This document shows, piece by piece, positions 21,207 to 31,762 of a stretch of DNA of 64,000 nucleotides (position 1 is the first letter of the stretch; every line of letters starts with the position of its first letter). A model generated the notes under the pieces. It did no database searches and was not told where the DNA came from. It saw only the letters and a list, made by a program, of their open reading frames with translations. Position numbers and translations under genes: made by a program. The stretch is from assembly GCA_963793865.1 (NCBI GenBank), contig CAWCBP010000002.1, positions 96,001-160,000 on the forward strand, in the 5' to 3' direction. This stretch comes from an uncultured delta proteobacterium. Its GTDB lineage: Bacteria; Desulfobacterota; WTBG01.

Positions 21207-22328
21207 TCATAAGGACTTTCTGAATATTCGATATTTCTTGTATCTTTTTGCGCCCGCTTCCTCTATCAAGGAGTTGATCGACTCGTTGTCCTCCAGGGTC
21301 CAGCCCACCTCCAGATAATGGTACTTCTTCTTTTTCCTCACAAGCTTATATATGTGGTGGAAGGCTAACATGGGTAGTCCCAGTTGTTGGAACTTCTCCT
21401 TGATCCCGAACATCAACAACCGCAATCCGTTGATCTCCCGCCGATACATGAGGAACTTCAGCAAACCCAGGAGACCGATCCGCCCGTTGAGACGCTTGAG
21501 CAATGGGTTAATGTCAGGAAAGATCACGCAGAACGCTGCGGGTTCATCCTCATAATAGATGAAGAAAACCATGTCCGGATCAACGAATTCCATTACTTTT
21601 TTTTGAATGTCCCGCATCTCATGATCGCTCAGGGGGACGAAACCCCAGTTACCGGACCAGACGGCATTATATATCTCCCTGATCAGATCAAACTCAGAGT
21701 CCGGATCCTTTGGACGAGAGGGTCTGATGTGAATGCCTCTTTTTTGGGCTATCCGTACAGCAAGATGATCCATCCACTCGGGGAGCCGGTAATCGCCATC
21801 TATCAGGAAAGCCAGCAGGTCCTTTTCTTTGGTGAAACCGCACGATTCGACCAGCCTTTGGTAGTACGGCGGGTTGTAGGCCATCATCAAGGCAGGAGGA
21901 TAATTGAATCCCTCAATGAGCAAGCCCGCCTCGTAATTGGTGGACGGGTTGAGCGGGCCTCTCATGAAGGTCATCCCTTTCTGGCGAACCCACGTCTCCA
22001 CGGAAGAGAAGAGGGCTGCTGCGGCTTCCGGATCGTCAGCACATTCGAAGAATCCCCAAATGCCCATCTTTTCGTTGTGGAACTGGTTATAATGGCGATC
22101 TATGATGCCCGTGATCCTTCCCACCGTCTCCGAACCACGTCGGGCCAGAAAGAGGATGCCCTCGGAAAACTCCCAGAAAGGGTGTCTGCGGGGATCCAGC
22201 ATCCGGCGAACCTCTTTCTTAAGGGGGGGGACCCATTTGGGGTACTCAGCATAGATCCTCCATGGCAGGTCAATGAAGTCCTTTAATTCCGATCCTCCTT
22301 CCACAGTAACGATCTCTATGCCGGCCAT
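21207..22328 (-). CDS. GNAT-fold N-acyltransferase of the YghO / bacterial ceramide synthase (bCerS) family
   Basis: FIDLPW.IY..WVPPL, HPF, VGRI, GFFEC, MRGPLNPSTN.E.GLL.EGF..PP..M.YNPPYY, W..NWGFVP, PDIN, GWTLEDN, YRIF form the characteristic family motif string. Confidence 0.8.
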   Translation of the reverse strand: MAGIEIVTVEGGSELKDFIDLPWRIYAEYPKWVPPLKKEVRRMLDPRRHPFWEFSEGILFLARRGSETVGRITGIIDRHYNQFHNEKMGIWGFFECADDPEAAAALFSSVETWVRQKGMTFMRGPLNPSTNYEAGLLIEGFNYPPALMMAYNPPYYQRLVESCGFTKEKDLLAFLIDGDYRLPEWMDHLAVRIAQKRGIHIRPSRPKDPDSEFDLIREIYNAVWSGNWGFVPLSDHEMRDIQKKVMEFVDPDMVFFIYYEDEPAAFCVIFPDINPLLKRLNGRIGLLGLLKFLMYRREINGLRLLMFGIKEKFQQLGLPMLAFHHIYKLVRKKKKYHYLEVGWTLEDNESINSLIEEAGAKRYKKYRIFRKSL

Positions 22329-22735
22329 GTTTATCTTTTCGAGAGGTTATGAGCGAAAAACTTTTTTAATAGTACCTATCGTGGCATAATATCAATTATT
22401 ATTTTTGTGTCAAGGCCGGGAAAGAGGTAGTGCTTCCCTGTCTGAAGTTTTCATAAGCAATTACCGTAAATAAGATTCGTTCCATGCTTGTCTGGTGACC
22501 TGCCCCCACTTTTTTACCCCCTGAGGTCTAGGGCATTCTCCCCTCAAAGGCTCGTTATTACTAGAGCAGATACAGCAGCAGGTAGTGTTGGTTATCGGCT
22601 CAAGAGGGGATAATAAGGCTCAGGATGCTGAAGTGATAGATGAGGATAAGAAGTATCTGCCGGAGGGAGAGTTTCAACTTCACGACCTCTTTTATTTAAT
22701 ATACCAGAGAGAAGGTTAAGCACCGTGATGATTTT

Positions 22736-22927
22736 TTATTTATTCTCTTCCGGATATTTATAGCAATTTAACCCAAGTCGAATAGTTTCAGCGCCAGGGA
22801 TTGGGACGTTTCCACGAGTCGTTGCTACCACAATCGTTTTTCCCGTTTTGCTTGGACCAAAGTCTTTGCTTAGGTCTATGGTGATAACTGCTTGATTGTC
22901 TTTGAGCTCAATTTGTATATTATCCAT
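22736..22927 (-). CDS. Small conserved hypothetical protein (63 aa)
   Basis: GGAG RBS; ITIDLSKDFGPSKTGKTIVVATTRGN..LGLNCY is a recurrent small-protein pattern; function unknown. Confidence 0.65.
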   Translation of the reverse strand: MDNIQIELKDNQAVITIDLSKDFGPSKTGKTIVVATTRGNVPIPGAETIRLGLNCYKYPEENK

Positions 22928-22986
22928 TGTAATCTCCAGCTTGGGTGGTATGGCAATGGGCTTTATGATGATGGCTCTCTGCATTT

Positions 22987-23436
22987 TCAGGGTGTGAATT
23001 TCAGTTTGCCGTTTTCATAAACTGCTATTTGCTTGTTCGCATATAGAATGACATAATTGGCTATTATATCATTCATGAGGGTGGCTTCAGGTATGTCCAT
23101 TTTTATAATTTTAAAAATATGCTCTACTGCACCTATAAATACCTTCGACATGGTTTCCTTCTCTATTTTCAAATAAGCATCGTTGTTGATGAAGAAAAGC
23201 ACCAGTATTTTAGAAGCGTCGTTCGCTGTCATTAAACGTGCACCGCGAATCAAATCATAGCTATCGTAATCACCCGTTTCATGATTTACCAATCTTATGT
23301 TTATATCCAACAACATCCAATCGAGTTCAGTTATCTGAGCGGGCTCACGATACTTTGACAAACCACTTTGACAAATTGCTGAAGCTGGAATAAACAAAGC
23401 AAAAATGATTACACCACGTATAATCTGTTTTTTCAT
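22987..23436 (-). CDS. Hypothetical exported protein
   Basis: Signal-peptide-like N-terminus, AGGAGG RBS, AT-rich. Confidence 0.65.
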   Translation of the reverse strand: MKKQIIRGVIIFALFIPASAICQSGLSKYREPAQITELDWMLLDINIRLVNHETGDYDSYDLIRGARLMTANDASKILVLFFINNDAYLKIEKETMSKVFIGAVEHIFKIIKMDIPEATLMNDIIANYVILYANKQIAVYENGKLKFTP

Positions 23437-23677
23437 AATCTCCTCCTTGAATGGTTCAATTATACCCCTAAGTGTTTTCTACCACGATTAGGGGGTGTGT
23501 CAATTTTTACTTCATCTCCGGCTGGAGTTTTTTGAATATGGGTACTCACGCGTGCATACCTGAGTGTTTGAAGCAGATGTCTATACTTTTACGCGACAAA
23601 AGGTCACCACAAAAAACAGGTAAAAATTAACGGCAGGGCCATTGCTGACACTGCCGTTTTTTATGTCACTGGACTGC

Positions 23678-24226
23678 CTAGAGCGAGGACAACAGTTCTA
23701 TCACGTGCTGGTGCCGTTGTTCACACTGTTTGGAGAATTGATTCAGGAAACTCTTGCGGTTTTGGCTATCGTCCTGACCGCCCAACTCCTTCGCCAGATG
23801 GGCGGCGTACTGCAATGCCTGAACCTGGGTCAACAACAGTTGCAGTTCGAAATTGCGACCGCTGGAAAAAAGGAGTGTTTTCGTCGTCTGTGACTCGATC
23901 GAATCGCGGGTTTTTTTCTCCAGAGTCGGCAGGCGCGTCGTTTCGAAACGCAGGCGGGGGTACTGTTTGGCGAACGCGTCGAGTTGATCGTGCGCCTGGC
24001 CAAAGATTTGTGCGATTTTCTTAATCTCGGCCGACACTGTCTCATTCGCGTTCTTCACCATCAAAATCTTGTCCACGTTCTGTTCCTGGCGGGTGAGCTC
24101 GTACAGCAGGGCGTAGCCTTCGTTGCACTCGCGGTACCGCGTACTGACAACCGGAATCTTATCTTGCACCGAATCACAACCCGCGAAAATCAAAACGCAA
24201 ACCACAATTATGGTTTTTGGATTCAT
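23678..24226 (-). CDS. Putative lipoprotein, helical (DUF4142/ferritin-like?)
   Basis: Lipobox FAGC, GGAGG RBS, amphipathic helical pattern; family assignment tentative. Confidence 0.6.
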   Translation of the reverse strand: MNPKTIIVVCVLIFAGCDSVQDKIPVVSTRYRECNEGYALLYELTRQEQNVDKILMVKNANETVSAEIKKIAQIFGQAHDQLDAFAKQYPRLRFETTRLPTLEKKTRDSIESQTTKTLLFSSGRNFELQLLLTQVQALQYAAHLAKELGGQDDSQNRKSFLNQFSKQCEQRHQHVIELLSSL

Positions 24227-24264
24227 CTCGTACCTCCACTTTCCTTTTCCCGGTCAAATGCTTC

Positions 24265-24426
<162 letters not shown>

Positions 24427-24591
24427 TCAGTTTGTTCTCGGATTCACTGCCGGAGTGACCAAATACTCCTCATCCGAAGGCACCGACTCTGAAACCGCCC
24501 CAATAAGCGGATTACCAGTAACTGCCGGTATTTCTTCTTCCTTTAAACTCTTTTAACCTGAGTCCTTCGATTCATACATTCGGTTGAGAAT

Positions 24592-25176
24592 TTATTTGCT
24601 CTCTTCCTTGATCCTCGTGAACTTTGCCCCCTTCAGGGATACGTCAAACATGAGGCCCTTGGGATCAAAAACAAACGCTACCACTGCGTCCTGTAATGAA
24701 GTGGTGTCGAGCCGCTTGCCGCCGCCAACGTCAATCATGGCGACATTGCCGGTCACTCCCACTTCCCAGCCATCAACATTCTTGAACTGATTGAGCGCCT
24801 CCTGGGTCATGAAGGCGAGAATAATGTCCATTTGTTGTACACCAACGGTGAATCCATAAGACCCGGCGACAAGATTATAGTACCCCGCCGTTTTTCCGCC
24901 AATTCGCAGCGCGCCCTGGCCGTACGTCCCGGCAACAACAAATCCCCCTTTGGTAACCCCGGACATCACCAGCAGACCTTTCGCGGAAGAAGTAAGCTCT
25001 TTGGCACCGTTGACCTCTTTATAGAATCGGTTCAACGTCTGGTTGGCGTCTGCATCGATCTCAGCAGCTGTCTTCGCGTATGCATTGTGGGAAAACGTGC
25101 TGAAGATGGATATAGCCAGAATGACGAAACCAAACAGTACTGTTTTACATAAGTTTCTTTTTGCAAATGTTTTCAT
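24592..25176 (-). CDS. YSC84/SYLF lipid-binding domain protein, exported
   Basis: AKGLLV..V.KGGFVVAG.YG.GAL..YY...GS.G..G.Q and GLMFDVSLKGAKF. Confidence 0.85.
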   Translation of the reverse strand: MKTFAKRNLCKTVLFGFVILAISIFSTFSHNAYAKTAAEIDADANQTLNRFYKEVNGAKELTSSAKGLLVMSGVTKGGFVVAGTYGQGALRIGGKTAGYYNLVAGSYGFTVGVQQMDIILAFMTQEALNQFKNVDGWEVGVTGNVAMIDVGGGKRLDTTSLQDAVVAFVFDPKGLMFDVSLKGAKFTRIKEESK

Positions 25177-25455
25177 AATGTCTCCCTTTAAGCAAAATGT
25201 TCTGTTTTAAAAAATTGGTTATTTGAAAAATGAAACGTGTTGCTTTTGACCACCTCCTTTATGTGTTGTCAAAAAAGCTCGAACCCCTGCACACGTCTTG
25301 CACCTCCTTTCATATTTGTTTAATTGTTCTGTACGCACGTTGGGTGGTATCCCCCTGCTGATACAAATATTTGCATTGCCAACGGTTGTTGTGGTGTTTT
25401 TAGTGTTAAGAAATGTTTTCCATAAGGGTCATAAACATCCCTTCTCAAACAAACT

Positions 25456-26066
25456 TTATCTTCCACATGAAGCGCTCAGGGGTATTGACAGCATACTTAC
25501 TATTTCCGGCCTGGTGAGCGGCAGATATATATTGACCTCCGCACCGTGTCCCTGCCGTCTCTCTATTTTCACCCTCCCTGGATGCTGTTTGATGATACGG
25601 TACGCTATCGGGAGACTAAGACCTTTACCGTGACTACCTGGTATATAGAATGGCTCAAATATTCTTTCTTTAATCTTCTCATCAATAACTTTATATTCAT
25701 ATCTGTAAGAGAAATAAAAGCGCATGCACCGAGCATAGAATCGTCCCCATCGAGCAGAGATTCGATTTCAAAATTGACCCGGTTGATACTCAATGAAAAT
25801 GTGCCGCTACCAGGCAGTGCATCCATTGCATTTTTTAATAGCAGCGTCACTGCGTCTTTCATAAGGGCCATGTCTGCCATGATCTTCAGGTTTTTTTCTA
25901 AAAGAGTTATTGTTACGTCAATATCCCTGTTAACATACTGTGGCAACAACCCCTCCACCATTCTCGTAATCTCGTTGAGATCCGTCTCCTTCAATTTCTG
26001 TTTCTTATCAATGCTGAAGGCGGAGAGGATCTTAATCTGGGGTTGTTTTTGATAACTCTCTGTCAT
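25456..26066 (-). pseudogene. Stand-alone histidine-kinase ATPase (HATPase_c) domain, frameshifted near 25700
   Basis: DLNE..ADMA..KNAMDALP.G in one frame and RIFEPFY..GKGLSLPIAY.II.QH.G..G.GA...YLP in the next; no H-box. Confidence 0.7.
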
Positions 26067-26225
26067 TTCACACCTCCACCATTACCTTCTCTGCCTGTTG
26101 TACCCTTTATTCAAAACATAAAACGGTAAAATGCTTTCCCGCCTGAACAAAGCAGCTGAAATTAACCAGTTCCCAAGATGTCTCTTCTAGGCTATCGTTC
26201 TCTCAAAATGGGTCCAACCAGATAT

Positions 26226-26441
26226 TTAGACGGACCTATTTAATAAGAAGCCTGCCCTGCAGTCCCGCAAGAGCTTCAACACTGCCGGAATGACCAAAGA
26301 CTTTTCATCCGAAGTCACCTGCTCTGAAACCGCTTCAATAACATCATACAGGGTGGTTAGGATAGGAACTGATTGACTTTCCTTTTGCCTATACTCCAGA
26401 AGGTTACTACTGCAGTATGGATCTGATGAGGTCGTATACAT
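26226..26441 (-). CDS. Small hypothetical protein
   Basis: Ordered helical C-terminal part TTLYDVIEAVSEQV..LVIPAV.KLL; same strand as neighbours; start uncertain. Confidence 0.45.
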   Translation of the reverse strand: MYTTSSDPYCSSNLLEYRQKESQSVPILTTLYDVIEAVSEQVTSDEKSLVIPAVLKLLRDCRAGFLLNRSV

Positions 26442-26567
26442 TTTTCTTTCCCTGCACATACAGCACCCCCATGAAAAAGCCTCAGCCAGCAAAAGAACTG
26501 AAGGCAACTTTTAGAATCGGGTAAGATACTTTTCTTTTAGAGCTCCCGGTTTTGAATTGCGCTGACA

Positions 26568-27089
26568 TTATGTTTTTATTTTATAATAATGAGGTCTTTT
26601 AGATGCGTACATGGGGTCAATACTGTATATTTTTAAAAAAACCGCTCTATTTACATAGGGTTCTAGGGAGGGCTTATCCATTTCCGGCAGATGAGGCTCC
26701 CTTGCTATCCCCTCGTTTGATGCTGACAGTTCAAGCAACTTTCCTAATATTGCCTGCACCTCGGATATATCCCCATTCACATAGGTTAAAAAACGGGGCT
26801 GCAGCTTATATCCCATCTTTACGCTCTCATCCTCCCGGTCAGGCAGAATGATGATGATTCTAATCAAACCAAACAGTTTCTGAATAGCAAGGATGTTCAG
26901 AAGATCTTTCCGGTCCCCGGCTATAAGAACCATGATAGCCAACCCGTCAATGGGTCTGGTGAGTCTTTGAGACAGGGTTCTGATGGTGTGATAAATCTCT
27001 GTTTTGTTTTCTACCGCTGATGCCTTGAGCAGTCCGATGATCTGTCCCGCAATGATGCCGCTTCTTTTTTCGTAGAATATACATTTCAT
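26568..27089 (-). CDS. Hypothetical protein, degenerate receiver-like alpha/beta fold
   Basis: GAGGTG RBS; alternating beta/alpha pattern (IMVLIA..RIIIILPD..PRFLTY); paralogous fragments at 6164-6340 and about 28130-28178. Confidence 0.7.
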   Translation of the reverse strand: MKCIFYEKRSGIIAGQIIGLLKASAVENKTEIYHTIRTLSQRLTRPIDGLAIMVLIAGDRKDLLNILAIQKLFGLIRIIIILPDREDESVKMGYKLQPRFLTYVNGDISEVQAILGKLLELSASNEGIAREPHLPEMDKPSLEPYVNRAVFLKIYSIDPMYASKRPHYYKIKT

Positions 27090-27191
27090 ACATCACCTCA
27101 CCTAAGAAGTACGGCAACACATTGGTTAATGGGGACGGTGCACTTTAATTACATATAGTGCCCTATCCCCTGTAAACACTGAGCCCCGTCA

Positions 27192-28085
27192 TTAGCGAAG
27201 CGACTCAATGTTGAGAATTTGCTCCAAAATGTTGTCGAGAATGCTATCCGTGCCGCTGGAATGGCGACCATATTTGTATCGTCTGTTGTAACCATCTTCG
27301 TAGCCGCGAAGGAAACCCTCGCGGAAGTAGTGGTTGTAGTCGTCCCGGCTTACATAGTAGCCGCTATAGCCATAGTTCGCGTCCCGGTAGGCAAAAGAGC
27401 CTCGGTAGTCGGAATCCCAATGGTCATCATGGTCAGCCCGCCCGGCTCGAAAGCCTTCCTCATAACCGTATCTCACTGCTTGCTGAAGCAACTGGACGCC
27501 GTATTGATTCGTTTCGTAATAGGTGCCGCCACGATGGTAACGATAGCTCGGAGCTGTGTAGAAGTATGGATCATTGTTATAATCGTGATCGCGATCCTCC
27601 TGGAGACGCCTTTGCTGCTGACGCAGTTGCTCTAAATACCGTTGATGGTAACGGTTCTGCTCCATCCTCTTTTGCTTCTGAAGCTCTGCTAAATACTGTT
27701 CTTCGAGATGCTGCTGTTGTTCTAGATATTGACGGTACGCTGTCAGACGCTGCTGCTGTTGTTCTATAAGCTGCTGCTGACGCTGCTGGTCGAGCCGCTG
27801 CTCTTGTCGTTGTGCGTCCTGCTTATTTTTTTTGTCCTGCTTATTTATCTGGTCTTGTTTCTCTTTTTTGTATTGCTGCTGTTGTTGTTCCATAAGCTGC
27901 TGCTGACGCTGCAGTTCGAGCTGCTGCTCTTGTCGTTGTGCGTCCTGCTTATTTATCTGGCCTTGATTCTCTTTTTTGTCTTGCTGCGATTGCTCCTGAG
28001 CGCGCGTTGTCATGCACATTCCCACCATCAACACCGCGCTGAATACAATAGCCACTGCCATCCGCCTCAATAAATTCACTCTCAT
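27192..28085 (-). CDS. Exported Gln-rich coiled-coil protein with Tyr/Gly-rich C-terminal repeats
   Basis: Signal peptide; duplicated block QINKQDAQRQEQ.L..QRQQQL.EQQQQ; GYEEG..AG..D and FREGF.RGYEDGY repeats; AGGAGG RBS. Confidence 0.8.
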   Translation of the reverse strand: MRVNLLRRMAVAIVFSAVLMVGMCMTTRAQEQSQQDKKENQGQINKQDAQRQEQQLELQRQQQLMEQQQQQYKKEKQDQINKQDKKNKQDAQRQEQRLDQQRQQQLIEQQQQRLTAYRQYLEQQQHLEEQYLAELQKQKRMEQNRYHQRYLEQLRQQQRRLQEDRDHDYNNDPYFYTAPSYRYHRGGTYYETNQYGVQLLQQAVRYGYEEGFRAGRADHDDHWDSDYRGSFAYRDANYGYSGYYVSRDDYNHYFREGFLRGYEDGYNRRYKYGRHSSGTDSILDNILEQILNIESLR

Positions 28086-28203
28086 TTTAGGCCTCCTTAT
28101 TTGTTACTGCAGTATGAGCCTTGGATATAAAAGCATTCACATAGGTTGGAAAACGCGGCTGTAACCTATATCCTATCTATATTCGACGTTTTCATTAGCC
28201 GCC

Positions 28204-28560
28204 TCACTCTATAGCATTACAAGAAACGAGCCATCATGGTCTTGAATGCATAGCCATTGTTATTTCAACCGGTTAGCGGGATCTGACGATAAGGAAGGAA
28301 CTGTAAACCATCGAAACCCGTCCCTTGGTACGGGATTGAGTCCCAGCACATGGGATTTGTCCCGTTCAACAGGACACATACAACAGGGGGGGCGACACTA
28401 ACGGGAAGAATCAGAAATGGGTTGACAGGTTGTGCTTTTTCAAAAGCACATAGAGGTGGGTTCTGGATAGGCCGGATGACTGACAGGCTTTCTTGATGTC
28501 ACCCGCGGTAAAGGTCATCAAGTCCTTTACGTATTGTCGTTCCGCATTGTCCTCAGGGCA
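28204..28560 (-). promoter_or_regulatory. Sigma-54 enhancer/promoter module, copy 2, with a duplicated 3' end (about 150 bp) of the activator gene
   Basis: -24/-12-like motif at 28218-28233; UAS-like sites at 28320, 28340 and 28359; 28411-28560 nearly identical to 33074-33220. Confidence 0.78.
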
Positions 28561-28676
28561 AAATATAATCTTCTCATAGGTCTGTTTCTCTCTGACATTT
28601 TCTCAATTACCGTTTTTCCAGTTCGGTTCGATCTCCAGACACAACCCAGCTGTGATAAATTTTAAATTAGAAACAC

Positions 28677-29003
28677 TTATTTTGCTTTCACAAAAACAAC
28701 TGCTTCCTTATCAATATTAAGGGTGAGTTTATCCTTTTCAAAAGACCCCGTCCAAGTCATGGTGGCTCCGGGAAATGTTAAATCTATTTTTATCCTGTCA
28801 CCATCAACAACCCATTGAGCTGGAATATTTTCACTCTTAGACGCCTTAAAAGCAGCTGTTTTATCGGAATAAAATTCAATAACTGTATTACCATCAGTGA
28901 CTTCAGGAATCCATTTGCCGACCAGACTTGAAGATTTATCACTACATCCCGCAAAAACGAGTAAACATACGATTAAGGAAAACGCAGCAGTAATTCTTTT
29001 CAT
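28677..29003 (-). CDS. Putative lipoprotein (small beta-barrel, lipocalin-like)
   Basis: Lipobox FAGC, LVGKW motif, GGAGG RBS. Confidence 0.72.
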   Translation of the reverse strand: MKRITAAFSLIVCLLVFAGCSDKSSSLVGKWIPEVTDGNTVIEFYSDKTAAFKASKSENIPAQWVVDGDRIKIDLTFPGATMTWTGSFEKDKLTLNIDKEAVVFVKAK

Positions 29004-29304
29004 TTACACCTCCATTAGCTAATAAAAAGCATAGCGCCAACCTTCCGCTCTGTGCCTCGCATTGTCCGGGCTGGGTTATGGTATAATAAGGGTTGTATTA
29101 ATGCTAGCGTGTCTGTCTAAAGTCTGGACCTTCTGTATAGCAGACATTGACTATGAAGAAGAAAACCCCACTCTCTCAGACCGCTCAATCCTGGAAAAAG
29201 TGGGGTAATGTTAGCTTACACCTGATGTGCACTTCCCCTCCTATAACTGCACTCATTAATGCTGCTGCACATGGTTTTAAAACTTTTATTCTACGGGCAG
29301 CTCT

Positions 29305-29694
29305 TTAATAGGTCGTGGGCGGCATTGTCTGTTCGCGCCGGGTAGTGGGAGACTGTGAATTACCCACATCACCTTCAACATGCCAGGATCCATAGCTAAA
29401 GAGAATAAGCGACCACCAGGAGGAATCTACAATGGGATTGATAATAAAATCTCCCTTCCCATTTTCCAGGCAGGTGTTGACAGCATCCTCAAGTGTTGGA
29501 TTGCCGCCAAATGGAATAAACAGGATCCATAAACGGCTGTCGCTGCCCTTCTGATTACGGGCAACATCTGTTTCTTTTAAATCAATGCGGCTCAGTTCAA
29601 CGTGTTTGGTTGAAAGCACGGTAAACCCCGTCTGGCGAACAGTACAGCCAAATGCAAGAAAACTGATCACAAAAAGAATAGTTAGTTTTTTCAT
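29305..29694 (-). CDS. Putative lipoprotein
   Basis: Lipobox AFGC; FTVLSTKHV..ILFIPFG..P.LEDAV...L..G.GD pattern; GGAGG RBS. Confidence 0.72.
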   Translation of the reverse strand: MKKLTILFVISFLAFGCTVRQTGFTVLSTKHVELSRIDLKETDVARNQKGSDSRLWILFIPFGGNPTLEDAVNTCLENGKGDFIINPIVDSSWWSLILFSYGSWHVEGDVGNSQSPTTRREQTMPPTTY

Positions 29695-29727
29695 GCTTAA
29701 ACCCTCCGTTACGTGTTTATTGGACCT

Positions 29728-31346
29728 TTAGTCAGCGTTCACCGCACCACAATCTTCAGTAGCTGATGCTTCTGGATTCCAGTAAAAATCAGTCGGATCC
29801 GTTGTTGTAAATCCCGGGTCCTGCGAAAAATCAGTATCTATAGCCGGCACATAACCAATGATTAAGGATAGATTATCAATCTCCCCCATGCCATAACCAA
29901 TTTCATCATTAGCTCCATATGCCGATATCCCCCACCGGCTAATACAAGATTGGGGTGGAACTTCAGTTACTGCTAATGTTGCAACGACTGTGTCTGTGCA
30001 AAGATCTTTGACTTTCACTGTGGCCCTGTGCGAGAATGCATTGTAGAAAATGGTTGCACGATACCAGTTGTTTAACGAATAATTATAGACAACTGTATCA
30101 GTCTTTCCATTGAATTGAACAGAAAAAAGTCTTCCTGCATCAGCATAGCCGGCCGTAAACGTGTAATTTGAGCCATCGTTATACATATCCTCACAGTACA
30201 ATCCCAATTCGACTCCACCGGAATAAGGGCCTTCTGCTAAGTTGAAATCAAACGTCAGCCTGAAGCTTTTGCCGGAATACGCAATTGGCTGGTAAACGTA
30301 GTCGTCTTCCGCTTCCACAGCTCTGAAATGGTAAGTGCCATTACGTTGGTGCGGAATGTCTGATCTTGCCGCACAGCTTTGGATTGCACCTTTCTCTTTA
30401 CCGCTAATCAACGTATCCTTCTTCCAGCCATTAGTAAGATGGGTTACACAGCTTACGAATTGCCCATGATTCTTAACCCCCTCTGCGCACTCAGCAATCA
30501 AATCACTCATGGTACAGCCGTCATCAAACAGCGTATTGGCAACCCCGCTATTACAACCATCGATAATAATTGTTGCTTCAAGATCCGACTCTGGACAATT
30601 GTCTTCATCATCAAGAATGCCATCACCGTCAGCATCATTTTCACCAGGCATTGCCGTAAAGCTATAAAGGTTGATTCGGCAATCCTTTGCCGGGTAGCCG
30701 GCACTGGTTCCTGTTGTGGTAATAAATCTTACGTACCAAGGGAGCCCTTCGTCTAATGTTTTCACTGGATGCATTGTGCCTGTTCCATTAGCACCCTCGT
30801 ATAGAGTAGCGGTAGCGTCTGAAGCATCGATTACGATTGACCAATCAGTTGGGCTGAAATCTACACCATTAGAGAGGTATAGTTGTTGGGTTCCTGATAA
30901 AATTTTACTTCAAAGGATGTAAGTAAAGACTGTCTAACCAATCAGTCCTCCCGTCAGTTATTTCAATCAGATGATAGTCAGCATGCATGATCGCAAGGGC
31001 TCTGTATATCAGGTTCCCACGTAAAGTTGATTATCCAATCATTTCCATCATTGAAGTTATATACCGTCCTTGTCCATGCCTGGGCACCGAATGTGTTTCC
31101 TGACTCTGGTGTTGTGGCTCTGGCCTGAAGATACCTATCCGTTGCAACGATTTCAGTGTTGTACCATTGACCATCGCCGCTTCCAGGTCCATCATTGCCG
31201 CCGTTGCTTCCACCCACCACCCAAATGTTGGTATCAATGACTCCATCCTCAAAATTATCTGTGATTACTTGACCAAAAGCTTCCATGCTGAATGATATAA
31301 ACAGTAACAGTCCAATCAAACCGAATATTCTTTTTTTGCTTTTCAC
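29728..31346 (-). pseudogene. Disrupted secreted protein (lectin-like beta-sandwich plus TSP3-like Asp repeat)
   Basis: GTG start at 31346 after GGAGG, signal peptide, DNFEDG..D...W; reading frame broken at about 30900-30980; resumes in ORF 29728-30774 with DADGDGILDDEDNCP. Confidence 0.62.
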
Positions 31347-31386
31347 TCGAACCTCCTGTCCTGAGATTAGGTCATTAACATGAATG

Positions 31387-31517
31387 TTCTTCGTCCCTGA
31401 ATATTTATGATCAACAGAACAACGGCAGCGATAACAACAGCACATGAATAAATCAGCCAATCGTATAACTGCTCACCAGCCCAACTATCGAGAACATAAA
31501 AAGATCGCCCAAAGCGT
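31387..31517 (-). pseudogene. Decayed second copy of an lmo0937-family gene
   Basis: AGGAGG RBS, ACG in place of ATG, then LWAI..GLVSSYTIG*FIHVLL..VIAAVVLLIINIQGRR with frameshifts and a stop; aligns with 24265-24414. Confidence 0.7.
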
Positions 31518-31762
31518 AGTTACCTCCTTTTGTTATGTGACGTCTTGCCTCACCGGTTTACATTGCACCTCAGATTGTGGGCACTTTATCATCTTGTCGC
31601 CCATGCAGACATGGCTTCTGATTCGGGCATGCGCCGGGACATCAATCATAAGATCTGTTCCTCGTCAATTCGTCCCATGACCGTTTCATGGCCATTACGG
31701 CCGCGTAACGGGTTGAAAATTCCCGAATAGCATAAATTACACCTTTGTCTTTATGCAGCAGC

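Noticed and set aside
22495..22525. TGACCTGCCCCC.. resembling an IS3-family terminal repeat near the right edge of the lipid cluster
   Set aside because: No partner repeat or transposase found; too short to support.
27131..27170. Imperfect hairpin GGGGACGGTGCACT..AGTGCCCTATCCCC
   Set aside because: Single copy in the window; cannot distinguish a terminator from a REP remnant.
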